The notes under the pieces: generated by a model
Told to the model about the DNA's origin: nothing
The model's database searches: none
Seen by the model: only the letters and a program-made list of their open reading frames with translations
Position numbers and translations under genes: made by a program
Shown: positions 63,477 to 64,000 of the stretch, piece after piece
Layout: each line of letters starts with the position of its first letter
Numbering within the stretch: position 1 is the first letter of the stretch
Virus record (IMG/VR): IMGVR_UViG_3300025875_000621
Span: 30,638-94,637 of that record
Direction: 5' to 3' (one strand)
Origin: a virus
Length of the DNA: 64,000 nucleotides

Positions 63477-64000
63477 CCGCCCCGGGCGGGAAGGTCAGCG
63501 TGGACCGTGCGCTGCTCCGCCAGGTCCTGGAGCGGCTGGGCCAGAACCCGGCGTCCTCAGAGTTCGGCATCGTGTCCCAGCTCCGGGACGCCGTGGCCCC
63601 GCGCCCTGAGCCGGAGTACGCGGGGCGCATCCCCGCGGAGGTGCGGGAGCGGCACTTGCTGAACGTGCTGGCCCGGGTGCTGGCCCATCACCTGACGGAG
63701 CGCAGCGCGGGGCGGACCGTGACCGGCTGCTCCTGTGGACAGCTGCGGCTGGGTGAGTCCTGGGCCATGCACGTGGCCGGCCACCTCCGCCGCTCCATCT
63801 GGGAGGAGCCGCTGGTGCAGCTGCCGGTGGACGTGCAGGCCGCGGTCATGGCGGCCATGGGCATCACCCTGGTGGCGGAGCAGCCCCAGGCAGGACAGGA
63901 CGGGGACCAGGTGGACGGGGACCAGGCGGACGTGCGGCCGGTGTGGCTGCAGCAGGCGGAGGAGCGGGAGGCGCGGGCCGCGGAGCACGCGCGCATCGCG
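63473..64000 (+). CDS. ORF open at the window edge (possibly the N-terminus of TerL)
   Basis: GTGA coupling to terS; no stop before 64000; CSCG...H..GH motif. Confidence 0.45.
   Translation, partial: MTAPGGKVSVDRALLRQVLERLGQNPASSEFGIVSQLRDAVAPRPEPEYAGRIPAEVRERHLLNVLARVLAHHLTERSAGRTVTGCSCGQLRLGESWAMHVAGHLRRSIWEEPLVQLPVDVQAAVMAAMGITLVAEQPQAGQDGDQVDGDQADVRPVWLQQAEEREARAAEHARIA

Larger units (their letters stand above)
1..64000. mobile_element. actinobacterial siphovirus-like element carrying a conjugation system (putative conjugative phage-plasmid)
   Basis: virion, lysis, replication and tra/mob genes with no recognisable host housekeeping genes. Confidence 0.8.

Noticed and set aside
1-64000. 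tRNA, rRNA, integrase, reverse transcriptase or DGR
   Set aside because: No recognisable motifs by eye; cannot be excluded outside the window.

Overview
A very GC-rich actinobacterial mobile replicon combining a siphovirus gene set with a Gram-positive-type conjugation system. Phage side: capsid, neck, tail, tape measure, Dit/Tal, endolysin and holin at 30.0-48.9 kb; Rep, Bet, Cas4-like exonuclease, RusA and HNH genes at 50-59 kb; terminase small subunit at 62.9 kb. Conjugation side: candidate oriT near 10.17 kb, MobC, MOBP relaxase, VirD4, VirB4, SCO6880/VirB6/VirB8-like proteins, pilin-like protein, M23 hydrolase and an EspR-like regulator at 10-29.6 kb. Phage-type small genes are interleaved inside the tra operons, and both halves share motif avoidance, terminators and RBS motifs. 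This suggests one long-standing conjugative phage-plasmid rather than a prophage beside an ICE. The most novel non-coding signal is an apparent RNA-based regulon. A hairpin RNA at 57726-57780 has a loop exactly antisense to an extended RBS (CCAGCTGAGGAG / CTGAGGAG) found at about a dozen starts. One of these starts is a 20-codon leader whose stop abuts the rep start. The RBS is usually paired with a GTACA-N7-TGTAC promoter-operator. A separate covarying 15-nt leader hairpin precedes four late genes. No integrase, portal, TerL, tRNA or CRISPR array was recognised in the window. All family calls are by-eye motif recognition; no searches or counts were run.
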